A stretch of DNA of 64,000 nt. It comes from Trypanosoma brucei. Taxonomy: Eukaryota. The stretch lies in contig CM000207.1 in NCBI GenBank assembly GCA_000002445.1, forward strand, positions 192,001 to 256,000, given 5' to 3'. Both the position numbers and the translations under genes were made by a program. Below are positions 62,042 through 64,000 of the stretch, one piece after another. Each line of letters begins with the position of its first letter. Position 1 is the first letter of the stretch. The notes beneath the pieces are model-generated. The model had not been told where the DNA came from. It saw only the letters and a list, made by a program, of their open reading frames with translations, and ran no database searches.

Positions 62042-63441
62042 ATGAAAGTGAAGAGAAACATCAATAAAGGCGAGGTGTCGCTATGGATATTGCTAACACT
62101 AGTACAGGTAACCGCAAACGAAGCGAAAACAAACGCTGCCTGCTTAAATCCATGCGATTGCAATGAACGACTGGAAAAAATAATAAAATACTACGACATA
62201 CGCATAGCAAACGCCCGAAAGAATTCAGAAGATAATTTGAAACAACTGTTAAAACTTCAAATAGCAACGTTAAGCGGCGACAAGGCTCTTGCTAAAGCAG
62301 CGGTGCCAGTAAAAGGGGCAGCCGGAGCCATCTTGGATCAATGCGAAGCAAAGCTGAGAGACGCCCAAAAAAAATTTGACACGGCAGCACGGATCGGCTC
62401 AAAAGTTCAAAAAGCTTACTCCATAATGCAAAATTTTGTAAAAGCGACTTCTCAACTGAAGCTGACGGCGGACACCTCCGGCTACTTCAAAGAAAATGCA
62501 GCAACAACGAAGACCCTGGGAAAAGTTGATAAAAGGAATTGCGACGACGCAACAGAAACAGAAAAGGGAACGGACATAACGGACACAACGGCCGGCGACG
62601 AACCGGACATAAAGGAGTTCAAGCTAAAGGCGAAGACGCAAATAAAGTGTTCGTCAGTCACGTCGCCAACGAGCTGTCATGACGCAGCGATCAGCAACGG
62701 CGGCTGGATTGAAATTGATATCAGCCATACGACAGCCACCGTAGCAGACACAACAGGCGCCTGGCATTCAAACACGCATACCACGAGCGCGGATTTTGGC
62801 AACGAAATTGCGCTTCTTGATGATAATATAACAAACCTAAACGCTGCTCTCAGGAAGCTAAAAGAAGCGGACACGAGCACATCGTGTGAAGCAAAGATTA
62901 CAGACTACACCAGCATAGCAGGAACAGGACTATTCAGGCGGCTAGCAATAAAGTCCCTATTGCAAAAACAGGACAACGAAAAAGAGGAGACAAGCCCGGC
63001 CGAAACCTTAGAGAAGGCGCTCACCACAGCATACGGCGATGGCGGAAAAAACTTCAACAAAGTAGTGTATGAGACCCCAGGAAATAAACAAACCGAAATC
63101 TCCGAAAACGGCTAAAAAAAAAGACACAGCCGCTGACAAGCGTAGAAACTTTCACCGACCTTGCTGACGCTTTAGCAAGGGAGACACTCAAAAGACTGGC
63201 GATAGAAGCAGACCCACAAGCGAGCGGCGAACCGACTCTCAAAGGCGTCCAAGGATGCAGTGACAAAAAGGGTGATGCGTGCACAGGAGAGTGTGAATGA
63301 GAAAAAACACAAGAAACTTGTAAACCTAAGAAAAATAGTGAGGGAGAAAACAAAGAAAAAACTGGAACAACAAACACCATAGGGAGCAATTCTTTTGTCA
63401 TTAGGAAGGCACCTCTTTTGCTTGCATTTTTTATTAAATAA
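62042..63441 (+). pseudogene. VSG with one frameshift at an A9 homopolymer (63114-63122) and an in-frame TGA at 63298. The N-terminal domain is open.
   Basis: MKVKRNINKGEVSLWILLTLVQVTANEA signal, and ORF 62042-63115. After the A-run the frame shifts to ...LADALARETLKRL...CTGECE*EKTQETCKPKKNSEGENKEKTGTTNTIGSNSFVIRKAPLLLAFFIK*. Confidence 0.75.
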
Positions 63442-63689
63442 TCAAATTTTAAGAATTGTTGGTAAAAGGTTTTTGTTCCATTTTGTGAAATTTACAAAAT
63501 TTTGATATTCTGAGAAAAATAAAAAAATTTAATAAGATTTGATACATTCTAAAACTTTTTGATAAAATGTGTAAATATAGAGAATTTGAAATTTTTTAAT
63601 TTTTTGTATGACTGTGGTCTATGGATAAAACTTTGTAGGGTGATAACGTATGAAAAATTGGTGTCACTAGGAAATTTTTCAATTTGCTT

Positions 63690-63800
63690 TATTTTGTTTA
63701 CTTTATGGATACTAGGTAGGGTTATAATGATTATGGTAATAAAGGTGATGATAATGATAGGGGAGTTTTTGGAGTGTGTATACAATAATATTATAATGAT
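63690..63800 (+). repeat. 70-bp repeat block.
   Basis: ggttataatgattatggtaataaaggtgatgataatgataggggagtttttggagtgtgtatacaataatattataatg. Confidence 0.8.
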
Positions 63801-64000
63801 TATGGCACAGAAAACTAAGTGGATGAGAAAAATATAAGAACTTAAAACAATGGGCATAGTGTAACATAAGTTAAATAATGAGGAAGATGGAACGTGAGTA
63901 TTTACATAAATGAGCGTGAGAATGGGAATCATTATACGAGAAGATAATTGATTGGCCAATATGAATAGACAGAATGCAGTAAACAGTCTAAATAATTTTT

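Overview
This window is a Trypanosoma brucei-group subtelomeric silent VSG array: about 18 tandem VSG cassettes, all on the + strand, spaced roughly 3–3.5 kb apart. Each cassette has a 70-bp repeat block with a (TAA)n core, a 1–2 kb upstream region, a ~1.5 kb VSG gene with N-terminal domain, C-terminal domain and GPI-anchor signal, and a 3'UTR carrying the conserved VSG 16-mer. One VSG (32855..34381) reads as intact. The others are pseudogenes: some have frameshifts, some have only in-frame stop codons, and some are truncated. Two full-length ingi non-LTR retrotransposons of about 5.25 kb lie in inverted orientation at 11525..16778 (+) and 49094..54342 (-). Both interrupt VSG genes, both carry the Pr77 5' hallmark sequence and a 2A-like DVEENPGP motif, and neither has a target-site duplication. 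Two 100-N assembly gaps sit directly beside unusually long (TAA)n tracts. I see no unrelated novel gene system. The interesting material is structural: retroposon/VSG junctions, the pattern of VSG decay, repeat expansions at the gaps, and an atypical T-rich segment with telomere-like hexamers. Most six-frame ORFs in the track are spurious. They are antisense overlaps of VSGs, or poly-Ile/poly-Tyr/poly-Asn translations of the TAA tracts. All coordinates are read by eye from the sequence and are approximate to within a few bases.
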